Shown: one piece after another, positions 25,555 through 38,437 of the stretch
Layout of the letters: each line of letters begins with the position of its first letter
How positions within the stretch are numbered: the first letter of the stretch is position 1
Origin: Malacoraja senta
Lineage: Eukaryota
Length of the DNA stretch: 64,000 bases
Assembly: GCA_038087875.1 (NCBI GenBank)
Contig: CM075979.1
Coordinates: 17,236,001 to 17,300,000, forward strand
Direction of reading: 5' to 3'
Notes under the pieces: generated by a model
Database searches by the model: none
What the model was told of the DNA's origin: nothing
Seen by the model: only the letters and a program-made list of their open reading frames with translations
Program-made: the position numbers and the translations under genes

Positions 25555-26075
25555 GCTTGGTTTGGGAACAACTCTGCCCAAGATCGTAAGAAATTGCAGA
25601 GTTGTAGATATAGCCCAGTCCATCACACAGACTAGACATCCCACCATTGACCCCATCTGCACCTCACATTGCCTTGGAAAAGCAGCCATCATATTCAAAG
25701 ACTTGCTCCTCCCCAGTCATTCCTTCTTCTCCCTAATCCCGGCTGACAGAAGATACAGAAGCTTGAAAGCACGCACCACTAGACTCAGGAACAGCTTCTT
25801 CCCCTCCGTTGTCAGGCTTCTGAACAGTCCTACCATAAGCTAGGGTACTGTCCGCTTCACCTCTACCCCATTGTAATTTGTCCATGGAACTGATGTAGCT
25901 GAAAGCTGAGGAATGTATTCTGCACTCTGTATCTTCCTCTTTGCTCTATCTATACATGTGTCTGACTTGATTGTACTTATGTATAATATTTTCTGATCTG
26001 TTTGGATAGCATGCAAAACAAATCTTTTCACTGTACCTCGGTACACGTGACAATAATAAACCTAAACCTAAATCT
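25555..26075 (+). mobile_element. Rex/Babar-type LINE 3' fragment
   Basis: ...RRYRSLKARTTRLRNSFFPSVVRLLN at the ORF end, then a 3'UTR with AATAAA and a (TAAACC)n tail. Confidence 0.8.
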
Positions 26076-29000
26076 AAATGTGTTCAGATGGACGCGATTG
26101 GGAGGAGGTAGAATCCCACAAAGTCTATTAAAATGGCTCATCAATAACTTGTTGTTTGGTTTCTCACTGATTTCTACTGACTGTTGCTGTAATTTAACAA
26201 TGGTTTACTGGTTTCTGCAGGGACTAGTACCCAGAGTTTGACTTCAAGCCATCTGGAATAACCAGTTCCTCCAAAGCATGCTGCATTTGTGGGGATCCAT
26301 GTGGTACTTGGCATGGCCGAGAGAATGAGTAGTTGCACGCAGGGCAGGGCGAGCAGCTAGAAGAGGCAGGAGGAGGGAGAACAAAACTCAGCAGCAGGCC
26401 AGTGCTTCACAGAGAAGAACTTGCCAATGTGAATCGTAGTGAGGAACAGTGGATCAGACATCTCTGCTTAGTAAAGCTCAGAAAACAATGGAGGTCATAT
26501 GCACACACATATGCACTCCTCACTGCACCCCGTTACCATTCCTAATCATATCAACCTAAGGGGGCCAGGTATATTTCATATAATTCTTGGCCGATTAAGT
26601 TGGCAGAACCAAATTAACTTCAGGTAGGTGCTTTTTCCAAACTTAATTTTAATTGACATTAATGTTTTTTATTTAATTTGCATATCTCAAAGGTGATTTT
26701 AAGTGATTTTATAAAAATTGTTAATTATGTTTCAGATACTTTCAAGAAGTATGAGCCACCAGAAAATAAGAAATCCGTGAGCAAGGCCTTTCTGCAGTTT
26801 GGTTGTCACTCGGGTCCACTTTACGTCAAAGAATGTTGGCTGGCCAGATGTAGGAGCCATACAACTGCAAAAGTCATCCAACCAGAGGCAAACAATGAGC
26901 AAGGTTGGGGTCAACCATGATCTGGAGGAGGCTGAGATTGAGTAGGGATATCTTCACTAAAATTTGTCAAATCCAATTTCGGAAAAGGTAAATAGGGTGA
27001 AAGGTTACTGTGGATAGGAGGCAGAAATTGAGAGCTGAGGTTCTAGTGAGATCAGTCCTGGTGGAGTAGGCACTAGAGGCCAAATATACATTCCTGCTCC
27101 TGATTCTAGTTCACATGTAATTGCTCATCAACCTCTGGACAGGGCAAGAGCTGCTTTGTCACCATGGCCACATCACTGTGTCTCTGTGTGTCTCAATCTC
27201 CTCCAGGCTTGAGCTAGTGATATTTTTTAACCTATCAAAGTTTGCCTTCCACTATTGCAAAGACAGAACACTTTCTGTTCCAGAAAGCTGAATACATCTT
27301 CTTGCATATATTACAGGGCAGATATCCAAGGGCAAAATCAAACACAAAATGCATTTGGTCCTGTTGCATACATGTACACAGCACATGCAAAGCACATTTA
27401 ACATTGGTGCCTTAACATCAGAGAACACTTATTTGTTGTCCAACAAGTGACCAACAGGACAACAGAGGCCTCCTCAATTATAAGAGAAAGGAGCACTCCT
27501 AGCCTCTCCAGTGCTGGGAGTCTGCCACTGAAAATAATCATCAAATTGTCAGTTACCTTTCAATCAATTACCTCAGCACGTTCTGGCTGAGGCCTTCTTT
27601 CTTTGTGGCCCAGCCCCGAATTTTCCAAAGCTTTGCCCATATCTTCATATCTGAATTCGCAATACATGGTCCATTGGAGGTTGTGGTGCCATTTTCATAT
27701 CCATCCAGTCTCTCCCATCTTGGTTACTCTTCAAAATCTACTATTAGTTCCTTGAATTATCATTGAGAACCCTTTCATTAGGGCAAGTGATACTGGCTGT
27801 AAATACATATTAATTCAGGGCAACTGCATTGAAGGCTAATGATTTCATGTTCATAAGTTCTAGGGGCAGAATAAGGCCATTCGGCCCATCAAGTCTACTT
27901 CGCTATTCAATCATGGATGATCTACCTTTCACTCTCAACCCCATTCTCATGCCTTCTCCCATAACCCCTGACACGATATGATACGATAGAACTTTATTTA
28001 TCCCAGGAGGGAAATTGATCTGTCAACAGTCATAAAAACACAAAATACATGAAACAAACACAAAATACATGAAACATTGTTGGCTGGCTGCTGTGTGCAC
28101 AGCGCCCGAACCGGAAACAAGATTTTTTTTTTTAAATGACCCCTTACTAATTTTTACACTTACTAATCAAGCATCTGGCAATCTCTGCCTTAAAAATATC
28201 CATTGACTTGGCCTCCAGAGCCGTCTGTCACAGACATTTATGACACAGACATACAGAACTACAATCTCATGACGCCTAGCAAGATCCCCTGTGCAACAAC
28301 ATATTACTGTACCACTAAGGAACCTCTCAGCCACTTTGTCCTTTGCTCACATTGTTTCCAGGAAGTGCACAAGAGCCAAGAGCGCAGCAATTATTACCCA
28401 TCCTTAATCACCATTTGTGTTAGTGATGGTCAGATGCAATTTTGAACCACTGTCTTCTTTGTTGGGAAGGTACTCCCCCAATCCTGTTGGTGGACAGTGA
28501 TGATGATGGAACTATGATGTCTTTCCAATTCAGGATGGTGAGAAGAATTGGTCCGATTTCTTTTTGTTCAATTAATTTCATCAGAGCAAAGAGATTAATC
28601 ATCTTTATGTTGGGCAATTTTGGTGAGTAATTATCTTGTTTAGCGACTAAGTATAGCTGCTCAGGTTCTAAGTAACTAGGAAGATATAATCGTCACCAAT
28701 CCATTATACAGTTTATTATTACACCCATGCAATTGAAATAAATGCCTGTGTGGAACAATTCCTTGTTTTTCCAACTCCTCTTGAGAGGGTGGTAAACTAA
28801 CCTGTTGAACGTGTTTTCAATATACAAAGTTAGATAGATGATTGTAATGATGCCAACATCTGACCTAATCGGCGCTGTTCAATGTATGCCAGCAGAAACA
28901 ATTGCCAACAATAGCATATACCCACTGCCTAAATATTACTGTCTGATTTCAGTTATTAATATTAAAGCAAAAGAGTAGCTATGTTATTATTTTTGATGTT

Positions 29001-29157
29001 CTTGAATCAAAGAAACTTCAAATAAATAACACTAATATAGGTCGTATTCTAGATAGTGAAAATGATTATCAATAATTACAGCAGTGTCTTGACTGCAAAA
29101 TCTGCCCCCAGACAACCTGAAGTGATCGATCAGGATATACCCAGAATGCTAACTCAC

Positions 29158-29235
29158 CATTCGTTGCACTTGGAGAATTGCTGCATCTTGGATTTTTTTT
29201 ATGATGTTGTGAGCTTTTTCCCCAGCTCAAAGTGC
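29158..29235 (-). CDS. ELF5: Predicted ELF5 internal exon, 78 nt, phase 1-1 (TLSWGKSSQHHKKNPRCSNSPSATN)
   Basis: Acceptor TTTTCTCCATTCTAAG| and donor G|GTGAGT. It is open in the required frame and joins the ETS exon as ...[11 protein letters not shown]. Sequence similarity alone is weak. Confidence 0.65.
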
Positions 29236-30344
29236 CTTAGAATGGAGAAAAGATGTCAGTGCAATATTTATTGAGTTTATCTTAATCACTATTAAACTTT
29301 ATATTTTCTCCTCCAAGTACTTTCCAAAATATTTCATTGGCTTCACCCGGATATAGCATGTAGACCACGGCACTCGATCACCCAGTGGTAACCAATGTTT
29401 TCTAAATTCAGGCACTCCAATACTCAGTTACCTTTGTCCCAGGTGAGAATATTAACAAATGAGATCATTGATTCCATCCTTAATTTGTTATAAAAGCTTA
29501 TAATGTAAGGGTCACAAATTACATTTATTTAGATATTTTCTTGTGTAGTCATTGAGTGTCATAGAACAGAGTCTATGTTTCACAGAGTCATTGAGTCTCA
29601 TAGAACAGAAATAGAGACTTTGGACCACTGGGTCTGGCTGACCATCTATACTGATCCCATTGGCCAGAACCCAGCTTTCTCTGCCTCATAGTGTTTCAAG
29701 TGTCTATCAAAATTCATCTGAACTATTGTTACAGTACTTGTCTCCACTTCTTACTTGAGGTGCTGGTGATGTATTCTCCCCACATTCTCTTCGTCTCCTC
29801 CCAGATTCTAACATTCATCTACACATAAAGAGCAATCTACAGAAGCCAAATGAATCTACCAATGTGAATACCTTTGGGATTTGCAAAGAAATTGTAAATC
29901 TATGGAGACGTGGAAACTCTACACAGACAACAGCTGCCGTCAGATCTAAACCCAGGTCTCTAGCACTGTGAGACTGTTTATATTTCAGATTACCTTCAAC
30001 TTTGTGCTTTAATTCTCTCTTATTTTTTTTCAATTAACAAACCTTCACTATCCTCTCTCAGCACCATCACCTTCAACTTCACAACCTCCACCATAGCACA
30101 GACATACTCTTTTTTCCCTCTCCATCCCTCCCTCTTCTCTACAATTTAGAACAAGCTGGATTTCTAACATTTCCTAGTTCTAATGAACTAGGAACATTAG
30201 TTCTAATGAAAGGTTATTGGATCTATAACTTTAAATATGTTTCTCTCTGTACAGACGCTGCCTCTTCTGCTGAGTAATTCGAAGGGCCGAATGGCCTACT
30301 CCTGCACCTATTGTCTAATTCCAGCAGTTTAAATTTTTTTAAAT

Positions 30345-31358
30345 ACTAGACCAAGTAGGACCCATTGGGTCCCGTTCCCCCAACGCAATATTCTACCACT
30401 CACCTGTCCCCCCAACGCAATATTCTAGCACTCACCCGTTCCCCCAACGCAACCTGTTCCCCCAACGCAATATTCCAACTCTCACTCATAGCCCCCAACT
30501 GCGCAGTGGCGGCTCATTTCCCCTCATCCCCCAGACTTTCTTCCCCTTCCTCTTCACCCTCCTTCTTCTTTCCCCTCTCCTCCTCCCCTACCCCTCCCTC
30601 CCTCACTTCTCCCTCCCTCTCTTTTCCCCTACCCGCAGTCACTCCCTCCCTCCCTCCATAACCCCTCTTCTCTCCCTATCCCCTCTCCCTACCCCCCTCC
30701 TCTCCCTCTATCTGCAACCGCGGGAGGGGGGAGGGAGAGGGAGAGGCCTCACTTAGGGCCCTGGGCTGTGGTTGTAGCCAGTGCGATGTCTGGAGGCTGC
30801 TGCTCCGGGCTCGTGGGGAGGCCTCTTCCTCTCCCTCCCTCCCTCCAGACCGCAGCGTCAAAAAGTGACTGACTTTCTGTTATTTTAAAATGCCGCAAGC
30901 GCAGGAAGACTTTCAGTTATCCATGCGTGCGGATTTTAAAATAACTGAAAGTCAGTCCGTCAATTCTTTATGCTGCGGTCTGGAACCGAGGGAGGGGGAG
31001 GGGAGGAGTGCGGCTCGGGGCCCAGTCCATGTCTGTGTCCGTGTCTGTGTCCAGCATGCTTTTATCGGGGACAGCGCGTTTATGTAAATGAGATCCCATT
31101 GTGACGTCATACGCTGCTAACGGCAAGTGGTGGCATGTTTTACATTTTTTTAAGTTAAAAATGTGAATAACTTGTAAAATATAACATCAATGTGAAGAAA
31201 ACTTGATACACCACACCACAGGACAATGGTGAGTAAGGTGGTCCAAATTTTTAAGCTATCGTGTACCGTTTTGGCGTAATTCAGGACATCACAGACACAT
31301 AAACACACAGACAGACAGAGATAGAAACAAACACGATGAGTTTTAGTAATATATAGAT
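30345..31358 (+). mobile_element. Non-autonomous Helitron-like element
   Basis: 5' ACTAGACCAAGT followed by the hairpin GGACCC-ATT-GGGTCC, subterminal (ACAG)n, and 3' GATGAGTTTTAGTAATATATAGAT. It is related to the element at 16949-17997. Confidence 0.55.
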
Positions 31359-31864
31359 GTTCAACATTTTACATGTTCAGCACGTGCAATTTCATGATTT
31401 TTGAGTAGCTTATAATTTATCGCAGGTGCTATTTTCAAGGGTTTGCTGTGCATAGATTGTGCAATTTTACATTGGCCATGAGACATGAGAGGGTCATAAA
31501 TGTACAAGTTCTCATTTTTAGCCTCTGTATCATTTCATTTGAAGGACAACATTGTTTTTGGAAAGTCTAGATAAGCTGATATTCAAAAAGACTGACCAGG
31601 TTTTCTGAAGCATCCTTCATCTGGATAAACATAAAAAAACTCTGAGACAATAGGTAAAAATACAAATGTCAATCCAAGAAAGAAAAAAAATTACAATGAA
31701 GAAAAATGTTGTCAAGTTGGAAGGGTACAGAGAAGATTTACGAGGATATTGTCAGGACTCGAGGGTCTGAGCTAAAGGGAGAGGTTGAGTAAGTTGGGAA
31801 TCTATTCCTTGCAGCGCAGGAGGATGAGGGGTGACCTTATAGAGGTATATGCAATCATGATGGG

Positions 31865-32948
31865 TGTTACGGCCGCCAAAATTAAATACCTCAAAGGCCA
31901 ATAACATAATACAAAACCAGGTTCAAATGGAAATATTATTTATTTTTCACTAACAAAAAGAACTAAAACCTGGATCAAACAGAGAGGGGGTCGGATGGGC
32001 TAGCAAACAAAAGATAAAGGGTGCTCTGGCCGACCACTCAATGGGCCGTCGGACCAGAGACTCTAAACCGGCCTCAATGTTAAAATAAACCTGAAACAAA
32101 ACCACGAAAACAATAATGCCAGTCCCATCCTTCCCAAGCCAAATAAGTTAATACAGAATGAAGAGTTACATAAAGAACACTATGTGACTAGAGGGAGTGC
32201 AGAGAAGGTTCACCAGACTGATTCCTGGGATGTCAGGACTGTCTTATGAAGAAAGACTGGATAGACTTGGTTTATACTCTCTAGAATTTAGGAGATTGAG
32301 AGGGGATCTTATAGAAACTTACAAAATTCTTAAGGGGTTGGACAGGCTAGATGCAGGAAGATTGCTCCCGATGTTGGGGAAGTCCAGGACAAGGGGTCAC
32401 AGCTTAAGGATAAGGGGGAAATCCTTTAAAACCGAGATGAGAAGAACTTTTTTCACACAGAGAGTGGTGAATCTCTGGAACTCTCTGCCACAGAGGGTAG
32501 TCGAGGCCAGTTCATTGGCTATATTTAAGAGGGAGTTAGATGTGGCCCTTGTGGCTAAAGGGATCAGAGGGTATGGAGAGAAGGCAGGTACGGGATACTG
32601 AGTTGGATGATCAGCCATGATCATATTGAATGGCGGTGCAGGCTCGAAGGGCCGAATGGCCTACTCCTGCACCTAATTTCTATGTTTCTATGTTTCTACT
32701 ATGCAATCAAACAAACTAAACCAACACCAGACTGCTGCCACCAGTCTGAGGGGGAAGAGAGAGACAGAGAGAGAGACTGCCAGTCACATGGTCTTTTTAA
32801 GCTGAGGCTCCGTCATCAGGCTCACGTGATGCAGCTTGGGCCAGGAGCCTCCAATCAGGTCAGGAGCAGCCAGGCAGCAGGAGGTACTAATGGTAATCAG
32901 AGAAACAGGTTAATACATAATTAACACCAGCAGAGGGAGCGCATAACA
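31865..32948 (-). mobile_element. Solo LTR (TG...CA) with a 5-bp TSD, containing a CR1 3' insertion
   Basis: Starts TGTTAC and ends ATAACA, with ATGGG at 31860-31864 and 32949-32953. Minus-strand AATAAA at 31944-31939. Confidence 0.82.
32185..32697 (+). mobile_element. Young CR1 3' end nested in the solo LTR
   Basis: ORF 32197-32601 is intact to the ORF2 stop and has a (TTTCTATG)n tail. ACTATG on both sides is a possible TSD. Confidence 0.9.
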
Positions 32949-33384
32949 ATGGGTATAGATCAGGTAGATGCACAGAGTCTCTTGCCCAGAGTAGGAGAAT
33001 CCAGAACTGGAAGTCATAGGTTTAAGGTGAAGCGGGAAAGATTGAATAAGAATCTGAGGGGTAACTTTTTCACACAAAGGGTAGTTGGTGTAAAGAACGA
33101 GCTGCCAGAGGAGGTAGTTAAGGTAGGGACTAGTGCAACGTTTAAGAAACAATTAGACAGGTACATGCTTAGTACAGGTTTGCAGGGATAAGGGCCATGC
33201 GCAGGCAAGTGTAGGGCTGCCAACTCTCACGCATTGAGCGTGAGACTCACGCATTTTGCCCAATTCTCACGCTCTCACACTGATCACAAATTTCTCACGC
33301 TCTGTTGTGAGAAATTCTGTGATCAACGAGAATTTCAAAACTAATATGGGCCGCGGGTGTTCGAGAGCTGGGGTGGAGGGAGGG

Positions 33385-33661
33385 ATGGAAGCAGAAGCAG
33401 CGGCGGGGACAGATGCGGATGAGGAGCAAGGGATGGCGAGTGTTTGCCGGGCTGGCGAGTGTTTGCCGGGCTGGCGAGTCGCTCGCTGCAGCTCTGGCCA
33501 TGGAGCAGCCTCAGTGCAAGAGTCCTGGGCCGTCGGAGGCGTCGGAAGCGTTGCGCCGCTGCCATGAGAGTCTCTGTGCCGAATTCGCCCTGGTGACCAG
33601 CATGGATCAGGCTGCGGCTCGGTGCATCCTGGAGGACAACCAGTGGCTGCTGGAAGTAGGT
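33385..33661 (+). pseudogene. TDP2: Captured TDP2 (TTRAP) exon 1 (UBA-like domain) with its splice donor, frameshifted by a 19-bp tandem duplication
   Basis: RRCHESLCAEFALVTSMDQAAARCILEDNQWLLE aligns by eye with human TDP2 RRLLCVEFASVASCDAAVAQCFLAENDWEME and is followed by GAA|GTAGGT. Removing one GGCGAGTGTTTGCCGGGCT unit (33435-33453 / 33454-33472) gives an open 84-codon frame from the ATG at 33385. Confidence 0.8.
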
Positions 33662-33739
33662 ACCAAGCACTGGGTAGAAGCGGTGGAAGATAGTGGCCTT
33701 CAAATGGGGGTGGTTGGAGAAAGCATCCTGCTTGCCTGC

Positions 33740-34105
33740 TAGATTTTCACTTACTGCAACTGCAGGAAAAATGTTCCCGATATTGGGGGAGTTCAGAACC
33801 AGGGGTCACAGTTTAAGAATAAAGGGTAGGCCAGTGAGGACTGAGATGAGGACCAACTTTCTTCACCCAGAAAGTTGTGAATCTGTGGAATTCTCTGCCC
33901 CAGAAAGCAGTGGAGACCAATTCACTGGATGTTTTCAAGAGAGAGTTACATTTAGCTCTTGGGGCTAGCAAAATCAAGGGATATGGGGAAAAAACAGGAA
34001 AGAGGTACTGATTTTAGATGAACAACCATGATCATATTGAATGGCAGTGCTGGCTCGAAGGGCCGAATGGCCTATTCCTGCACCTATTTTCTATGTTTCT
34101 ATGCT
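33740..34105 (+). mobile_element. CR1 3' fragment inside the hAT-like element
   Basis: GKMFPILGEFRTRGHSLRIKG...; typical CR1 tail ending in TTTCTATG. Confidence 0.85.
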
Positions 34106-35574
34106 TGAGTATATGGCAATAAAACTCGACCACTTGATTTCGAAGCATTCATGCAAGGTGGAGGTATAATGTAGTCACAGAGTGATACAGTGTGAAAACA
34201 GGCCCTTCGGCGCAACTTGCCCACACCCGCCAACATGTCCCAGCTACACTACCTGCTTTTGGTCCATTTCCCTCCAAACCTGTCCTATCCATGTATCAGT
34301 CTAACTGTTTCTTAAATGTTGGGATAGTCCCTGCCTCATCTACCTCCTCTGGCAGCTTGTTCCATACACCCACCACCCTTTGTGTGGAAAAGGTTACCCC
34401 TTAAAAAGTTACCTCTTTAAAATACTTTAAACAAAAAACATTGAAATCATACTTCTACAATGCACTAAAACATGATTTTAATACATAAAATCTTAAAAAG
34501 TTCCTACCGTGGGAGGAGGGACACCAGGTTGCTCCACTCCCTCAACTATTATATTTGTTTACCTCACTGACTATTTCTTAACCATCCCCCCCCCCCAAAT
34601 TCCTTTGACAGGTTGAATAGAAATGTCCCCGATCTCGTTTTATTAATTGAACACGTAGACGAACATCCTCAAGGAGTGTAATCAGATGGAAACTGATTCA
34701 GATGCGATGTTTAAGAGCTTGTTCAAAGGAGTGGCATATTTTAAAGGAGTGACAGAGATACTTGCAGGGGAATGTGTGAGGAGGTTATTATTTGTCTTTA
34801 GTTTTAACTTGAACCAGGACATCTGAAGATTCTAAGTTTAATATAGTAATTGTGCTGATACTGACTCCAACCAACCATGTAATGAATATCATCCATTCCG
34901 GAGGTTTTATTTTTCTGATGCCATTTAAACTTCACTTGGATTTCAGTCACTTCAATGTAAAAGTAATTGGGAATGGGGAGCATTGGAACAAAAATTTGTC
35001 CTCGCTACATATTAACTGTAATATAATAATGTATGCATGTTGGTAGATGCAAACGAAACAACGATCTTTTTTTAAATCATTTTTGTGGTATGAATACCAC
35101 AGAAAATATTATGTATTCTCAAGATCACATTTAATAAAATAATATTGCTTAAATATATAGTTATTGGACTTTACATTTCGGAAAAGTCCCAGCTGAGAGG
35201 AAGACAGCAAAATACTGAAAATATTGGGGGTGAAAATGACTTCAGGACAGTTTGTTAGGAAAATGAAGGAAATGGTAACAGAATACATACAGCTGAGTGA
35301 ATTTAATTTTATGGATGAGAAATTGTGTTCAACCAATTGATGACTTCTTTGACAAAGTAACTAGCATGTTAGATAACAAGGAAGCCAATGGATGTAGCAA
35401 ATTTTGTTATACAAAATTTGGTCCGTGAAGTGCCCCATAAAAGATTACCGCATTAGATAAGCACCTGTGGACTTGAACGTAATAGGTTAAGTCCAGGGGG
35501 TCAGATATGGGGCTTTATGTGTGGGCCAGATATATTGTCAGTGCAGAGGGGCTAGGAGCAAGGCCAAGTGTGCA

Positions 35575-38437
35575 TCCAGACTCAAGATGGCGCCTGCCAG
35601 CGGCGACTTTTTGCTAACCGCCAAACAGAAGAAGATTACTTACAGCAACAAGCAACTTACCTGGATCGGAAAAACGGCAGAAATCGGCGCCATAACGTAC
35701 AAGCTGCTAGTGCATCTGAAAGCACTAGCAATTTTGCGATCTCCCGCAGCTGCGGGAGCCACCGACTGCAAGCGTTCCCTGGACCGCTGGAGAGAACCTG
35801 ACCCGATTAGGAATCAAAGAGACTGTACCTGGAAACACCTCCAGAGCCGACGAGCAGGATTTCCCGGGAGCAACAGAGCTGGAGCTGCCGTCTGGGAGGG
35901 AATCGCTGGTCCAGCACAAGTTCGCAGAAACAGCAGGTACAGTAAGTACAGTACCTGGAAACAAAGGGGGAGCCTCCATTGTGTCTGGAAACGTGGCCAA
36001 CGGGCAGGACTTCAGGTCAGACTGAAACGCAGGGGATTTCGGTCCCCTCTCCCTACTATCCTACTGGCCAACGTACAGTCCCTTGAAAATAAAGTGGAGG
36101 ACATAAGGGCAAGATTGCTTTATCAAAAGGAGCTGAGGGAATGCTCTGTGTTCTGTTTCACAGAGACATGGCTCACCCCCAGCTCCCCAGACTCAGCGGT
36201 CCAGCTTGAAGAGTTCTCCATCCACCTTATGGACCTTATGCAGACATCTGTGAAAGGGAGAGGAGGGGGCGTCTGCCTCATGGTCAACTCTGCGTGGTGC
36301 TAAGACGTGGCAGTTCTGTCCAACTCCTGCTCTCCACACCTCGAACATCTGGCGGTGAAGTGCCGTCCCTTCTACCTTCCGAGCGAATTCACCTCCATCA
36401 TCCTGACCGCGGTCTACATCCCACCCCAGGCAGACGTCCGTCTGGCACTGGAGGAGCTGCACGCTGTGGTCAACAAACACCAGACATCTTACCCCGAGGC
36501 GTTTACCAACAAAGCTGGGGACTTCAATAAAGCAAACCTTACGAAATCGCTCCCTAACTTCCACAAACATGTCTCCTGCTGCACCAGAGGACCAAACACC
36601 CTCGACCACTGTGACACCACCATCAAGAATGCCTATCGCTCTATTCCTCGCCTTCACTTCGGTAAATCCGACCATACCGCGGTGCTGCTTCTTCCTGCCT
36701 ACAAGCAGCAATTAAAGAGCGCACCTCCAAAGGTGAGGACTGTACAGAGCTGGGAGGGGGGGGAGGGGGGGGGCACAGAGGAACAACTCCAGGACTGTTT
36801 GGAGTCTGTAGAATGGGCAATGTTCAGGGACTCGGCAACGGACCTGAACGAATACGCCAGTCGTTAGACTTCATAAAGAAATGTGTGGAGGACTGCATCC
36901 CTACAAAAACCTTCCGAGTGTTTCCCAATCAGATGCCTTGGATGAACTTTGAGATCCGCACTCTCCTGAAGACCAGACACCGGGCATTCATGTCTGATGA
37001 TACAGTGGTCTACAAGAAGTCCAGATACGACCTTGGTAAGGCCATCAAAAAGGCCAGAAGGGACTTCTGCTCCAAGCTGGAGAATGAGACAGATGTTCGG
37101 CAGAGCAGCGGGGCCTGAATGCAATCACCTCCTACAAGGCGAAATCAGGAGGTAGCTCGAATGTTGGCGTAGCATCACTCCCTGACGAGCTCAATGCGTT
37201 ATGCGATCTTGCTGGCTCTCCACTCTGCTCTGGACCATTTGGACAACAAAAACTCATGTCAGGCTGTTATTCATTGTGTACAGCTTGGCATTTAATACAA
37301 TCATCCCCTCCAAGCTGGTTACCAAACTCACAGAACTGGGTCCCTGCGCATCTCTCTGCAATTGTATCCTCGACTTCCTCATTCACAGACCACAGACTGT
37401 TCGAATTGGTGTTAAGGTGTCAGCCTCGATATCAATCAGCACGGGAGCACCTCAAGGCTGCGTGCTCAGCCCCCTGCTGTACTCACTCTATACTCATGAC
37501 TGCGTAGCTGGTCATAGTGCGAACTCCATCATCAAGTTCGCTGACGACACCACTGTTGTGGGACGTATCACTGATCGGGACGAGTCAGAGTATAGAAGAG
37601 AGATCGACTGACTGACCAAATGGTGCCAACACAATAACCTGGCCCTCAACACCAGCAAAACCAAGGAACTGATTGTGGACTTTGGAAGATGTAGGATGGC
37701 GACCCACAGTCCCGTTTATATCAATGGGTCGATGGTGGAAAGGGTCAAGAGCTTCAAATTCCTGGGCGTGCACATCTCTGAAGATCTCTCCTGGTCCGAG
37801 AACACTGATGCAATCATGAAGAAAGTACATCAGTGCCTCTACTTCCTGAGAAGATTACGGAGAGTCGGTATGTCAAGGAGGACTCTCTCTAATTTCTACA
37901 GGTGCACAGTAGAGAGCATGCTGACCGGTTGCATTGTGGCTTGGTTCGACAACTTGAGCGCCCAGGAACGGAAAAGACTACAAAAAGTAGTAAACACTAC
38001 TCAGTCCATCATCAGCTCTGACCTTCCTACCATCGAGGGGATCTATCGCAGTCGCTGCCTCAAAAAGGGTGGCAGCATCATCAAGGACCCACACCATCCT
38101 GGCCACACACTCATCTCCCCGCTACCTTCAGGTAGAAGGTACAGGAGCCTGAAGACTGCAACGTCCAGGTTCAGAAACAGCTTCTTCCTCACAGCCATCA
38201 GGCTACTGAACTCAACTCAAACAAAACTATGAACATTAGTAGCCCATTATCTTTTTATTTGCACTTTATCTGTTTTATTTATTCATGTGTGTATATATTT
38301 ATACAATGGTATATGGACACACTGATCTGTTCTGTATTCATGCCTTCTATATTTTGTTGTGCTGAAGCAAAGCAAGAATTTCATTGTCCTATCTGGGACA
38401 CATGACAATAAACTCTCTTGAATCTTGAATCTTGAAT
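35575..38437 (+). mobile_element. Rex/Babar LINE with APE and RT, internally deleted near 37200, degraded
   Basis: LPTILLANVQSLENKV...FCFTETWL (APE); GDFN; SDH; [20 protein letters not shown] and KFADDTT (RT); (AATCTTG)n tail at ~38415-38436. Confidence 0.88.

Noticed and set aside
35521-36303. 260-aa ORF that could be taken for a host gene
   Set aside because: Its C-terminal part is the Rex/Babar APE domain, so it belongs to the LINE.
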